A stretch of 54,994 nt of DNA, taken from contig JAIWAR010000004.1 in assembly GCA_048634245.1 (NCBI GenBank), positions 1 to 54,994 of the forward strand. The letters are read 5' to 3'. The translations under genes were made by a program, and so were the position numbers. Below the pieces are notes generated by a model. That model was not told where the DNA came from. It saw only the letters and a program-made list of their open reading frames with translations, and did no database searches. This DNA is from Methanosarcinales archaeon (lineage in GTDB: Bacteria; Omnitrophota; Gorgyraeia; Duberdicusellales; 4484-171). How positions within the stretch are numbered: the first letter of the stretch is position 1; each line of letters starts with the position of its first letter. Positions 9,175-18,545 of the stretch are shown here, one piece after another.

Positions 9175-10506
9175 ATGAACCAAAAAAACCATCTTACACA
9201 GGGATTAGTCACAAAAAAGCTCATCGCACTTACCATACCTATGATATTTGGTATGTTTTCAATGGTGGCATTTAACCTCGCCGACACTTTTTTTATTTCC
9301 CGGCTTGGCACAAAGGAATTAGCGGCAATGAGTTTTACCTTCCCGGTAATTATGTTCATTGTTAGTATCGCATTGGGATTTGGCGTTGCAACTTCATCAG
9401 TAGTCTCACGCGCCATCGGCAGAGGAGACCATCACCAGGTACAGCGCCTTACCACCGACAGCCTTATCATCTCTCTTCTTATTGTAGTTATTTTTGCAGT
9501 CTTAGGGTTGCTTTCAATGAACTGGATGTTTCGCTCACTCGGTGCCAACGGTGAAACCCTGCCCTTAGTCAAGCAATATATGCGTATCTGGTACCTGGGA
9601 GTTGCTTTTGTTGTTATTCCCATGGTAGGCAACAATGCAATTAGGGCCTGCGGTGATATGCTCATTCCCAGTCTGATTATGATTGTTTCAACGATTATTA
9701 ACATTATCTTAGACCCTTTGCTGATTTTTGGATTATGGGGGTTCCCGCGCTTAGGATTAGAAGGCGCGGCGATTGCTACAGTAATTGCCCGGGCCGCAGC
9801 CATGGTATTTTCTTTGCTAATTTTACATTTTAAGGAAAAATTAATTGACTTTACCCTACCGTCTTTTCAAAAACTTGCTGATTCAATAAAACAAATTTTT
9901 TATATCGCCATTCCTTCGGTGGCATCTCGACTGCTCATACCAATCACTATGGCAATAATTATGCGCCTGGTTGCCGGACTAGGGCCTGTTGCCGTTGCCG
10001 CCTTTGGAGTTGCCCTAAAGATTGAAATGTTCGCGTTTCTATTAATTATGGCTTTAGCTACAGCCTTGATTCCTTTTATAGGCCAAAATTGGGGCGCAAA
10101 AAATTTCAGCCGGGTAAAAAAAGCAATAAGAAAAGTAAATGTATTCTCTCTATTGTGGGGATTAGGTACTTTTGCTATACTTTTGATGCTTGCAGTTCCC
10201 TTAGGGCATTTATTTGGAAAAAATACTGAGGTTGCAAGGTATATTACGTTGTATTTATGGATTATACCTATAAGTTATGGCCTGCGAGGCTGCGCGTTTT
10301 TAGCAGTTTCCGCCTTTAACGCTATAAATAAACCCCTAATAGCTACCGGATTGAATTTAGCGCGGGGGTTTATATTATATATTCCCTTGGCAATAATTGG
10401 TAATCTGATAGCAGGATTAACCGGATTGTTTGTTGGTTTATGTCTGGCGAATTTGGTGGCAGGAATTCTATCAATTACCATGGAAAGATTTTCTAAAATA
10501 ATATGA
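9175..10506 (+). CDS. MATE family efflux transporter
   Basis: 12-TM layout. N-terminal LIALTIPMIFGMFSMVAFNLADTFFISRLG and the repeated half are typical of MATE/NorM. Confidence 0.88.
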   Translation: MNQKNHLTQGLVTKKLIALTIPMIFGMFSMVAFNLADTFFISRLGTKELAAMSFTFPVIMFIVSIALGFGVATSSVVSRAIGRGDHHQVQRLTTDSLIISLLIVVIFAVLGLLSMNWMFRSLGANGETLPLVKQYMRIWYLGVAFVVIPMVGNNAIRACGDMLIPSLIMIVSTIINIILDPLLIFGLWGFPRLGLEGAAIATVIARAAAMVFSLLILHFKEKLIDFTLPSFQKLADSIKQIFYIAIPSVASRLLIPITMAIIMRLVAGLGPVAVAAFGVALKIEMFAFLLIMALATALIPFIGQNWGAKNFSRVKKAIRKVNVFSLLWGLGTFAILLMLAVPLGHLFGKNTEVARYITLYLWIIPISYGLRGCAFLAVSAFNAINKPLIATGLNLARGFILYIPLAIIGNLIAGLTGLFVGLCLANLVAGILSITMERFSKII

Positions 10507-12233
10507 AAAGGAAATTGATTTTGGTTTTGGCCTTGGGCTTACTTGGAATAAATACTTCTTGTATTTATCGCTTGCGCTATTGCGATCCACCCTCCATAGA
10601 GTATGAAGATTTACACGTTAATGATGACCTCACTTACGGTGATTCGCCTGTCGAAAGATTCCTAAACGACAGCAAAAATAATAACTCACATTACGTTACT
10701 ATACTTAACAACGGTGATGATGCCTTACTGGCTAAAATACATCTTATCCGTAAAGCACAAAAATCAATTCTTATCCAAACATTTATATGGGGCAGTGACC
10801 AGACCAGCCGTTTTGTAGCTTATGAATTAATTCAGGCCGCAAAAAGAGGAGTTAAAGTTAAAATTATCCTTGATTATTTAATATCATCCAGAGATTTTGA
10901 GTTAATTACTTTTCTAACTACTGCTCACCCTAATCTTGAAATTAAATTATACAACCCGATTTCAAAAAATATTGTTCCTTCAAAGCTAGCCATGATTAAA
11001 AAAGCTTTGCTTAGTTTTAGGAGTTTTAACCAGAGAATGCATAATAAGATATTTATAGTTGATGATCGAATCGCCATTACCGGCGGCCGTAATTATCAAA
11101 ATGATTACTACGACAGAGGGACAACCAGAAATTTTAAAGACTATGGCGTGGCAGTTACCGGTAAACTTGTTAAGGAAATGACCAATTCATTCACAGAATA
11201 TTGGGCATACCCTTTATCTGTATCAAGTAAAAGCATGAAAGATATTCGGCGTTTGATCAAAAATAATAACTATAAAAAATATCCTTCAAAAGAAAGCCTT
11301 ATGCTTTCCGATTTATTTACAGAGCTGGAAGCTTGTGAGGCAGATAAGAGCTGCCTGGAAAAAAGAATCCTTGACATTAGCTACGAAGTTAAGAAAATTA
11401 GATTTATCGCTGATAAGCCGGGGAAAAGGGGGAGGATCGGAAGAGATAAAGTCACAAGAACAACCTATGAACTGGGTAATTTTTTTCAACAAGCCCAAAA
11501 GTATCTAATTATACAGACGCCTTACGTTGTTATTGGGAAAAGGAATACCAAATATTTTAAAAAATTAGCAAGAGATAAACCGGACCTGAAAGTTTTAGTA
11601 TCCAGCAATAGTTTATCATCCGCCGACCATACGCATGCTTATGCTTTTTCTTATAAGCATAAAAAGAAATACCTTCAGGCCTTTCGCTGGCAAATGTTTG
11701 AGCTAAAACTTCGGCCAAAAGATGTTGATTTGATGATTACCCCAATCAACAAGAAAAAGCGGTCCAAAGATTATATCACCTGCCTTCATTCTAAGGTTTA
11801 CGTTGTTGATGGCAAGAAAGTCTGGATTGGCTCATTTAACCTTGATCCGCGTTCAGCTAATTTGAATACTGAAGTTGGCGTGATTATTGACGATAAAATA
11901 GTAGCTGGAGTCATTGAAAAAGATATACGGCGCGATATGGCCAATCAAAATAGCTGGACTATTGCTAAACGCAAGCAGCTACCGATAATATCACATTTTA
12001 GCGGGTTGTTAGCCAATATTATGAGGTTAGCTCCGATTATCGATATATGGCCATTTACTTACTCAGGAAGTTTTGAGCTAAAACCGGGAAAAACTGCTGT
12101 GCCGGTTTTTGATAAAGATTTTTATAATAACTACAAGTATGCTGGGCCATTTCCCGATGCCCAATTAACAGAAAAAGAAATCAAAGCCAGGTTAATAAAG
12201 ACATTCTTAGGGCCTATACAGCCATTATTGTAA
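10503..12233 (+). CDS. phospholipase D family lipoprotein (two HKD motifs)
   Basis: HNKIFIVDDRIAITGGRN and HSKVYVVDGKKVWIGSFN HKD motifs. Lipobox-like LGINTSC. The start overlaps the MATE stop (ATGA). Confidence 0.88.
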   Translation: MKRKLILVLALGLLGINTSCIYRLRYCDPPSIEYEDLHVNDDLTYGDSPVERFLNDSKNNNSHYVTILNNGDDALLAKIHLIRKAQKSILIQTFIWGSDQTSRFVAYELIQAAKRGVKVKIILDYLISSRDFELITFLTTAHPNLEIKLYNPISKNIVPSKLAMIKKALLSFRSFNQRMHNKIFIVDDRIAITGGRNYQNDYYDRGTTRNFKDYGVAVTGKLVKEMTNSFTEYWAYPLSVSSKSMKDIRRLIKNNNYKKYPSKESLMLSDLFTELEACEADKSCLEKRILDISYEVKKIRFIADKPGKRGRIGRDKVTRTTYELGNFFQQAQKYLIIQTPYVVIGKRNTKYFKKLARDKPDLKVLVSSNSLSSADHTHAYAFSYKHKKKYLQAFRWQMFELKLRPKDVDLMITPINKKKRSKDYITCLHSKVYVVDGKKVWIGSFNLDPRSANLNTEVGVIIDDKIVAGVIEKDIRRDMANQNSWTIAKRKQLPIISHFSGLLANIMRLAPIIDIWPFTYSGSFELKPGKTAVPVFDKDFYNNYKYAGPFPDAQLTEKEIKARLIKTFLGPIQPLL

Positions 12234-12276
12234 AAAACAACTCCTTTTAGCTGTCTCACCCCTCATCTATTATAAA

Positions 12277-12306
12277 TTGGCAAAATCTTCTAAAATATGG
12301 TATATT
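12277..12306 (+). promoter_or_regulatory. sigma70-type promoter of rlpA
   Basis: TTGGCA-N18-TATATT with TG at the extended -10 position. Confidence 0.5.
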
Positions 12307-12354
12307 CTCCAAAAGGGAACGAGGAGCAGGAAAAGAGGAGGAAATATCAAAAAA

Positions 12355-12750
12355 ATGACTAAAATCAAAAAGATATCATTATCTTTCGTGCTATTATTGG
12401 GCCTTCTATACCTTTATTCATGGGGCTATTCTATATACCATCGATATAGCCCAATAGGGAAAGCTTCCTGGTATGGAGGTAAATTCCATGGAAAAGTTAC
12501 CGCTAACGGTGAGATTTATGACATGAACGAATTAACCGCAGCCCATCGCTATCTCCCTTTTGGAACTAAAGTGAAAGTTACTGACCTTGAAAACGATAAA
12601 ACTGTTATAGTAAGAATTAACGATCGAGGCCCGTATATATCCGGTAGAATTATTGATTTATCCCGTAAAGCAGCTCAAAAACTTAAAATGGTAAAGAAAG
12701 GAATTTCTTTAGTAAAAATAACAATCATACCGCCCACCCCTTCAAATTAG
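12355..12750 (+). CDS. rlpA: septal ring lytic transglycosylase RlpA family (DPBB domain) protein
   Basis: ASWYGGKFHGKVTANGEIYD...TAAHRYLPFGTKVKVT...VRINDRGPY. I use the ATG at 12355 after AGAGGAGG, because the listed TTG at 12277 coincides with a -35 box. Confidence 0.85.
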   Translation: MTKIKKISLSFVLLLGLLYLYSWGYSIYHRYSPIGKASWYGGKFHGKVTANGEIYDMNELTAAHRYLPFGTKVKVTDLENDKTVIVRINDRGPYISGRIIDLSRKAAQKLKMVKKGISLVKITIIPPTPSN

Positions 12751-12895
12751 AAAGTTGAATCCTACGCAGTCAATGCCACCTTTGCGATTAAGGAATAAAA
12801 TCGATAGTTTCTTCACATCTTGGTGTATAATTAATAATGACGGAAAAAACCGTTTCCTGATATAATATTTATAAACAAAAAAAAGGGGGGGTAAA

Positions 12896-13270
12896 ATGAT
12901 CAAGAAAGTTTTGAATGTATTCCTGTTAGCGGGAATGACAATTTCCTTGTCTGGTTGTATTGCTCTTTTGGCCGGTGCTGGTGGAACAGCATTTTGGCAG
13001 GCGGGAAAGGTTATTTCTGAAGAATCAGTGTCCATGGCTAAAGGGGTTAAAGCAACCGAATCAGCCTTTAAAGCGAAAAAAATTATATTGACGGAGAAAG
13101 TTACCAAAAGTGCGGTAACCCAGATTCGCGGCAAAGATCAGTTTAACAAGAAAATAGCTGTTGACGTTTTTGATAAAGGGCCTAAAAATATACGTATTGA
13201 GATCCGTTACGGATTCGGAGAAGAAACACCGGCCCGGGATTTCTTAAATGAGATTAAGAGACGCTTGTAA
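12896..13270 (+). CDS. small lipoprotein (DUF3568-like)
   Basis: Signal peptide with lipobox LSGC. Strong G-rich RBS. Confidence 0.55.
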   Translation: MIKKVLNVFLLAGMTISLSGCIALLAGAGGTAFWQAGKVISEESVSMAKGVKATESAFKAKKIILTEKVTKSAVTQIRGKDQFNKKIAVDVFDKGPKNIRIEIRYGFGEETPARDFLNEIKRRL

Positions 13271-13350
13271 GACAGAAACTCAGACAGTAGATTTAAATTT
13301 CAGCATTTCTTTTTAAAATTATAGAGTAGCTTTTAAAAGGGAGGTTTGAG

Positions 13351-13596
13351 ATGACAGTTGCTATGATTCGTGAATTATTGGGGTGGTGTTGCGTAATCAA
13401 CATAGGGTTATTGCTATGGTGGTTTTTAATTATTCTCTTTGCGCATAATTGGATTTACAGAATTCATGGAAAATGGTTCAAAATGTCAAAGGAAACATTT
13501 GATGCGATTCACTACGCAGGCATAGCATTCTTTAAGATAGCCATATTCGTATTCAACATTGTCCCATACATTGCCTTACGTATCATTGGGCAATAA
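13351..13596 (+). CDS. hypothetical small membrane protein (2 TM)
   Basis: GGGAGG RBS. Two hydrophobic helices. Confidence 0.5.
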   Translation: MTVAMIRELLGWCCVINIGLLLWWFLIILFAHNWIYRIHGKWFKMSKETFDAIHYAGIAFFKIAIFVFNIVPYIALRIIGQ

Positions 13597-13654
13597 GATT
13601 TCTAATAAAAAATACCAACGTCATATTATTAAAAATGATGAACAGGCGACTAAC

Positions 13655-13688
13655 AAAAAAAGGGGGAGAGATAGCCACCCTTTTTTTT
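13655..13688 (+). terminator. intrinsic terminator (A/T-flanked, potentially bidirectional)
   Basis: aaaaaaaggg-loop-cccttttttt. Confidence 0.55.
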
Positions 13689-13703
13689 ATTTTCTTTAGT
13701 AAA

Positions 13704-13732
13704 TTGTCAAGGAGCGTATTTTTTGGTATAAT
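13704..13732 (+). promoter_or_regulatory. sigma70-type promoter of the OMP gene
   Basis: TTGTCA-N17-TATAAT with extended -10 TG. Confidence 0.55.
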
Positions 13733-13747
13733 TTTAACAAACAAACA

Positions 13748-14428
13748 ATGAAAAATTTTTTTCTATTTATTATCTTATTTTTTTGTCTTCCTTTAACTTC
13801 TTTAGCTGCCCCTTGTTATGGCACAAAAATGCCCGGACAGGGTAAGTTTTTTGGAGGATTTGAAACCCATAGCACCTTAAAGCGGAATTTAGAAGCTGAG
13901 CATGGAAAACTAAGGTCAACCCAGTATTTTTTTAAAGTTTCTTACGGAATTTATGATTGGTTATCTTTAGATTTAAAAGGCGGTGCCGGAAACGTAAAGC
14001 AGCATCCCATTGGCAACGATGAAATCGATTACAATTCTTCTTTTGCCGGCGGCTACGGGTTTCGTATAAAGTTTTGCGATTGGAAAAAGATAAAAATGGT
14101 CATCGGTTTTCAACACATAAGTGTTCATCCTAAATCCATCCGCTTAGAAGGGGTAAAGCAAAGCTCAATTTTGGATGATTGGCAGGTATCTTTTTTAACA
14201 TCCTATGATTTTTCTAAAATCACCCCTTATTTAGGAATTAAGCTCTCAAGAGTTGATTATATCCACTGGGTAGAAGAAGACAGAAAAAGAAGAATGTCGG
14301 ATTTAACCAAATCAACAGGCCTTATTTGCGGCCTTAATATCACCCTCAGCGAAAAAACATGGCTTAATTTAGAAGGGCAATTTCTTGACGGCCAAGCCTT
14401 GGCTTGCAGTTTTAATTTTAAGTTTTAA
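13748..14428 (+). CDS. putative outer-membrane beta-barrel protein
   Basis: Signal peptide (..LTSLAA). Alternating beta-strand pattern. C-terminal aromatic residue (..FNFKF). Confidence 0.6.
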   Translation: MKNFFLFIILFFCLPLTSLAAPCYGTKMPGQGKFFGGFETHSTLKRNLEAEHGKLRSTQYFFKVSYGIYDWLSLDLKGGAGNVKQHPIGNDEIDYNSSFAGGYGFRIKFCDWKKIKMVIGFQHISVHPKSIRLEGVKQSSILDDWQVSFLTSYDFSKITPYLGIKLSRVDYIHWVEEDRKRRMSDLTKSTGLICGLNITLSEKTWLNLEGQFLDGQALACSFNFKF

Positions 14429-14530
14429 TCCTCGACATCGTATCCACTTGTACCGTAAAACTAATTTAGGATTATATTAAAAAGTGATAAAAGGGAAATT
14501 TACAAAATCGGGAAAAGGGGGTATTTAAAA

Positions 14531-14923
14531 ATGAGTAGTATATTTAGCCGTATCGTTCAAGGTCAAATTCCTTGTCATAAGATTTTAGAAAACGAAGAAT
14601 TTTTAGCTTTTCTGGATGTAAAACCGATTAACCCCGGACACACCTTAGTAATCCCAAAAAAGGAGATTGATTACATATTTGATTTAGAAGATAATTTACT
14701 GGGAAAACTGATGATTTTCTCTAAAAAGGTAGCACTTATGATTAAAAAAGAGATATCCTGTAAAAGAATCGGGATAATGGTAGCAGGCTTAGAGGTTCCT
14801 CATGCGCATGTTCATCTGGTGCCCATGAATGCACTCGGTGATTTAAACTTTGCAAGAGCCAAACCTGCTTCCAATGATGAACTTGCTAAAATAGCTGAAA
14901 AAATTCGAAGAATAGCAGAATAA
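14531..14923 (+). CDS. HIT family (histidine triad) protein
   Basis: IFSRIVQGQIPCHKILENEEFLAFLD and the histidine triad HAHVHLVP. Confidence 0.9.
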   Translation: MSSIFSRIVQGQIPCHKILENEEFLAFLDVKPINPGHTLVIPKKEIDYIFDLEDNLLGKLMIFSKKVALMIKKEISCKRIGIMVAGLEVPHAHVHLVPMNALGDLNFARAKPASNDELAKIAEKIRRIAE

Positions 14924-14986
14924 ATAAAAATTTCAGACGTTTTGCGTAACTTGCTTATTCTAAATTAGTTATAAAAGAAATATAAA

Positions 14987-15973
14987 ATGAACAAATTGTG
15001 GCTTAAGTGCCTTGTGGCCATTATCTGTATATTGCTTTTAACCAACAAAGCATTTTCGGATTCAAGTAAAAATAATCCCCGGTTCAGCCCGCCTGAAGGA
15101 AAAATTCTGTTAATTGTAGGCCAGTATAAAGAGGCAATTGATACATATATAAAAGAACTAGGACACATTCCTGCTGGTCTTATAGTCTATACCTCAGTGC
15201 AACAGGCTGAGGGAATATATGAGGCCTTTGATCATGGGGGCGGCGCGCAACACCTGCAATATGAGGTAGAGAAGTACCCTAACACAATAATGCAAGTAGG
15301 CCTCTATATGGTTGATGTGCTTGAGGCTATAATTAACGGTACCTATGATGATAATTTACAAAAGATTGGTAAGTGGATAAAAAATGCAAATAGGCCGGTA
15401 TATTTAAGAATTGGCTATGAATTTGACGGGCCTCATAACCATTATAATCCTGAACTGTACATAAAGGCCTATCGTTATATTGTAGAAACATTCCGTAAGA
15501 TGGAAGTTAGTAATGTTTCATATGTGTGGCACTCCTATGCCGGCTATACAGAAAGACCGGTCATGGATTGGTATCCTGGTGATGAATATGTTGACTGGAT
15601 TGCAATTTCTTATTTTAATGCCATTCAGAAGTATCGTAACCAGATGGTAAAAATTGCCAAAGAACATAATAAACCCTTGATGATTGCGGAGGCTACCCCC
15701 TGCGGAATTGGCATAACTTACGGTGACTACGCCCTAAAGAACTGGTATGAACCATTTTTCAAGTTTATCGATGCCAACAATGTAGAAGCTGTAAGCTATA
15801 TTAATTGTGATTGGGAAGCACTTCCGATGTGGAAGGGGCAAGGCTGGAAAGACAGTCGCGTTGAAGCCAATCCCATCATAAAAAAACATTGGCTTGAAGA
15901 AGTCCAAAAGGAAAAATATCTTAAATCATCACCAGAACTGTACAGTCTTTTAGGGTTTGAGCCCGAAAAGTAA
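14987..15973 (+). CDS. secreted glycoside hydrolase, clan GH-A (GH26-like, possible beta-mannanase)
   Basis: Signal peptide. RIGYEFDG resembles the GH26 acid/base HEMNG region and MIAEATP resembles the nucleophile region. The family assignment is tentative. Confidence 0.5.
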   Translation: MNKLWLKCLVAIICILLLTNKAFSDSSKNNPRFSPPEGKILLIVGQYKEAIDTYIKELGHIPAGLIVYTSVQQAEGIYEAFDHGGGAQHLQYEVEKYPNTIMQVGLYMVDVLEAIINGTYDDNLQKIGKWIKNANRPVYLRIGYEFDGPHNHYNPELYIKAYRYIVETFRKMEVSNVSYVWHSYAGYTERPVMDWYPGDEYVDWIAISYFNAIQKYRNQMVKIAKEHNKPLMIAEATPCGIGITYGDYALKNWYEPFFKFIDANNVEAVSYINCDWEALPMWKGQGWKDSRVEANPIIKKHWLEEVQKEKYLKSSPELYSLLGFEPEK

Positions 15974-16003
15974 GGCGGGTTTAGCGAAAAAAAGTTATTT
16001 TGC

Positions 16004-16032
16004 TTGACAGAATTCATTATTGAAGCTATATT
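16004..16032 (+). promoter_or_regulatory. consensus-like sigma70 promoter upstream of the SIMPL gene leader
   Basis: TTGACA-N17-TATATT. Confidence 0.6.
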
Positions 16033-16097
16033 GAATTGACAATTAGATAAAGTCCCGAGTTAAGAAGGGCTAAATCCCGGACTATAATCAAGCAAAA

Positions 16098-16133
16098 CCT
16101 TCAGCGATAGAATGCTGAGGGTTTTTGTATTTT
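16098..16133 (+). terminator. intrinsic terminator inside the 5' leader of the SIMPL gene (attenuator candidate)
   Basis: ccttcagc-gatagaat-gctgaggg followed by tttttgtatttt. It lies ~60 nt after the predicted TSS and ~35 nt before the ATG. Confidence 0.6.
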
Positions 16134-16168
16134 AGGGGTCAATTTAGCCAAAAGAGGAGGGGATTCAG

Positions 16169-16921
16169 ATGAGTAGTTTCAGAGAATTAAAGAACATACA
16201 AATCATCATTTTGGGATTATGCATTGCTGCTGCAACAATAACTTCAACAGTAATTCTATCAAAAGGGCTTATGCAGCTCAAAAAATTCACCAATGAAGTG
16301 ATTTCGGTTACCGGCTCAGCCGAGAAAAAAATCGTTTCTGATTATAGTGTATGGGTAGCGGCATTTACCCGCCGGGATCCTCAAATGACAGTTGCTTTTA
16401 AGCAGTTGGGGGAGGACCTGGAAAAAGTAAAAAAATACCTCTTATCAAAGGAAATAAAAAAGGAAGATATCATTGTTTCCCAGGTTGAGACAAAAGTTCT
16501 TTATAAGAAGAATGAAAAAGGCCATAACACAAACGATATAGAAGGCTATTCTTTATATCAAGAAGTTGAGGTGCGCTCTTATGAAGTCAAGAAAGTAGAT
16601 AGTATAGCCCGCCAGTCAACTGAGCTTATTAATCAGGGTATCCAGTTTATCTCCGGTGCCCCTGAGTATTTCTATACAAAACTGGCTGAATTAAAGGTAG
16701 AAATGCTGGCCAAAGCAACCGAAAACGCCAAAAAAAGAGCAAAAAGCATGGCTGACTCAACCGGCAACAAAATAGGCCTAATGCGCTCGGCAAGGATGGG
16801 TATTTTCCAAATAACTCCGGTAAATTCTTATGATGTATCCTGGTATGGCAACAACGATACTTCCTCATACGACAAGAAAGTAACCGCCGTAGTTAATGCT
16901 ACTTTTGCTATTAAGGAATAA
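16169..16921 (+). CDS. SIMPL (DUF541, BP26/OMP28-like) domain protein
   Basis: N-terminal TM anchor. AELKVEMLAKATENAKKRAKSMADSTGNKIG pattern typical of SIMPL domains. Confidence 0.75.
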   Translation: MSSFRELKNIQIIILGLCIAAATITSTVILSKGLMQLKKFTNEVISVTGSAEKKIVSDYSVWVAAFTRRDPQMTVAFKQLGEDLEKVKKYLLSKEIKKEDIIVSQVETKVLYKKNEKGHNTNDIEGYSLYQEVEVRSYEVKKVDSIARQSTELINQGIQFISGAPEYFYTKLAELKVEMLAKATENAKKRAKSMADSTGNKIGLMRSARMGIFQITPVNSYDVSWYGNNDTSSYDKKVTAVVNATFAIKE

Positions 16922-17403
16922 TGCACATTTACCTTGATATAGAAACAACCGGCCTTTCTCCTATTTCCGATGATTTAACAGTGATTGGCTTATATTTAAG
17001 AGAAGGAAAAGGTTTTGTCGTTAAACAATTAGTGGGTAATGAAATATCCGCATCAAGCCTAAAAAGTTTAATAAAAAAGAATAGCGCCCTTTACACATAT
17101 AATGGATCGCGTTTTGATCTACCTTTTATTAACACAAAATTAGGAGTTGATTTAACCGCATATTGTCCCCATAGAGATTTGATGTATGACTGCTGGGGAA
17201 AAAACCTTTACGGCGGATTGAAAAGCGTTGAGCGGCAATTAGGTATTAAAAGAAAATTAGTAGGCATTGATGGTTTTATGGCTGTACAGCTATGGCATGA
17301 TTACAAAACACGAGGTAATAATCATTCATTAAAAATTTTATTGGAGTATAATAAAGAAGATGTAATAAATTTGAAGCTGCTTAAGCAAAAGTTATGTGTT
17401 TAG
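16921..17403 (+). CDS. RNase H-like / DEDD-type 3'-5' exonuclease domain protein (YprB-like)
   Basis: N-terminal IYLDIETTGL motif. 1-nt overlap with the upstream stop (TAATG). Confidence 0.7.
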   Translation: MHIYLDIETTGLSPISDDLTVIGLYLREGKGFVVKQLVGNEISASSLKSLIKKNSALYTYNGSRFDLPFINTKLGVDLTAYCPHRDLMYDCWGKNLYGGLKSVERQLGIKRKLVGIDGFMAVQLWHDYKTRGNNHSLKILLEYNKEDVINLKLLKQKLCV

Positions 17404-17450
17404 AGATGTATAATATTAAAATGCTTGATAAAAGATAGAGGAGATTGATA

Positions 17451-17855
17451 ATGAAAATTCCGGACGAGGTAAAAGAGATATTTAAAAATGAGAAGTACCA
17501 TCAGCTTGCCACTGTTTCAGCAGAAGGCGTTCCAAATGTGTCTAATATTGGAGGAAAGTATTTGCGGGATGATGATAACATAGTGGTTGTGGACAACTAC
17601 ATGAAAAAGACTATGGCTAATGTTTTATCAAATCCGAATGTATCAATTTTAATAAGAAGAGAAAAGGTGTCTTATCAAATAAAGGGAAAGTGCAAATATG
17701 TAACTGAGGGGCTCGAATATGAAGAAGCTAAAAAATGGATGAAATCTGTGGCGGAAAAATATCCTGCAAAGGGAGCTTTGATAATTACGGTTAAAGATAT
17801 ATTTGATTCAAATACCGGACCTAATGCAGGTGAAAATCTCAATTCCAAGAAATAA
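17451..17855 (+). CDS. pyridoxamine 5'-phosphate oxidase family (FMN-binding split barrel) protein
   Basis: LATVSAEGVPNVSNIG...VVVDNYMKKTMANVLSNPNVSILI pattern. ATG 7 nt after AGAGGAG. Confidence 0.7.
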   Translation: MKIPDEVKEIFKNEKYHQLATVSAEGVPNVSNIGGKYLRDDDNIVVVDNYMKKTMANVLSNPNVSILIRREKVSYQIKGKCKYVTEGLEYEEAKKWMKSVAEKYPAKGALIITVKDIFDSNTGPNAGENLNSKK

Positions 17856-17891
17856 CAGTATCGGGCTCGAAAACTTGAAATATAATCATTT

Positions 17892-18293
17892 ATGTTAGGA
17901 TACTTGATTTTACTTTTTACCGCAGTTCCGGCTATAGAACTAGCCCTTTTAATAAAAGTCGGGCAGCATATCGGAGTGATTTACACTCTGGGAATCGTTA
18001 TTGTTACGGGGGTAATCGGTGCATACTTGGCAAAACTACAGGGACTTTTTGTTCTACGTAAGATTCAGGAAGATATAAATCAAGGCAGGATGCCAACAGA
18101 TAAATTGTTTGATGCCGTTTTAATTTTATGCAGCGGCATTTTGCTTTTAACCCCCGGTTTTATAACTGATTTAATCGGCCTTGCAGGGTTAATTCCATTC
18201 TCACGAAATCTATTTAAGCAATGGCTTAAACGAAAAACAAAGGGTATGATTAACCAAGGTAGAATTATTACGATCACATCGTTTAAACCATGA
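17892..18293 (+). CDS. fxsA: FxsA family membrane protein
   Basis: LLFTAVPAIELALLIKVG...LLLTPGFITDLIGL is the FxsA/UPF0716 signature. Confidence 0.85.
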   Translation: MLGYLILLFTAVPAIELALLIKVGQHIGVIYTLGIVIVTGVIGAYLAKLQGLFVLRKIQEDINQGRMPTDKLFDAVLILCSGILLLTPGFITDLIGLAGLIPFSRNLFKQWLKRKTKGMINQGRIITITSFKP

Positions 18294-18322
18294 AAAAAAG
18301 GGGGTCAACTCCCTTTTCTTAG
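18294..18322 (+). terminator. intrinsic terminator after fxsA
   Basis: aaaggggg-tcaa-ctcccttt followed by a T-rich tail. Confidence 0.55.
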
Positions 18323-18545
18323 TATAGTATAAGCAAAAGGACTATCACAAGGGCAGTGTCAGAATTGGGAAAAAAGGAATAATTGAAGTTACCAGAAGCA
18401 AACCGATTCCTCCTGATTTTTCTAATCGAAAAACTAATGTATATAAGCTTTTACCACTTCCACAATTACAAGAATCAATGATAGAATTAGAGAGTGGAAA
18501 AGGAGACGCTTCGATTTTTTAAATAAAAGGGAGTTGACCCTATTA

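Noticed and set aside
12277-12354. Longer rlpA start at the TTG at 12277
   Set aside because: The TTG is part of a TTGGCA -35 box with a TATATT 18 nt downstream. A strong AGAGGAGG RBS precedes the ATG at 12355, where the signal peptide begins.
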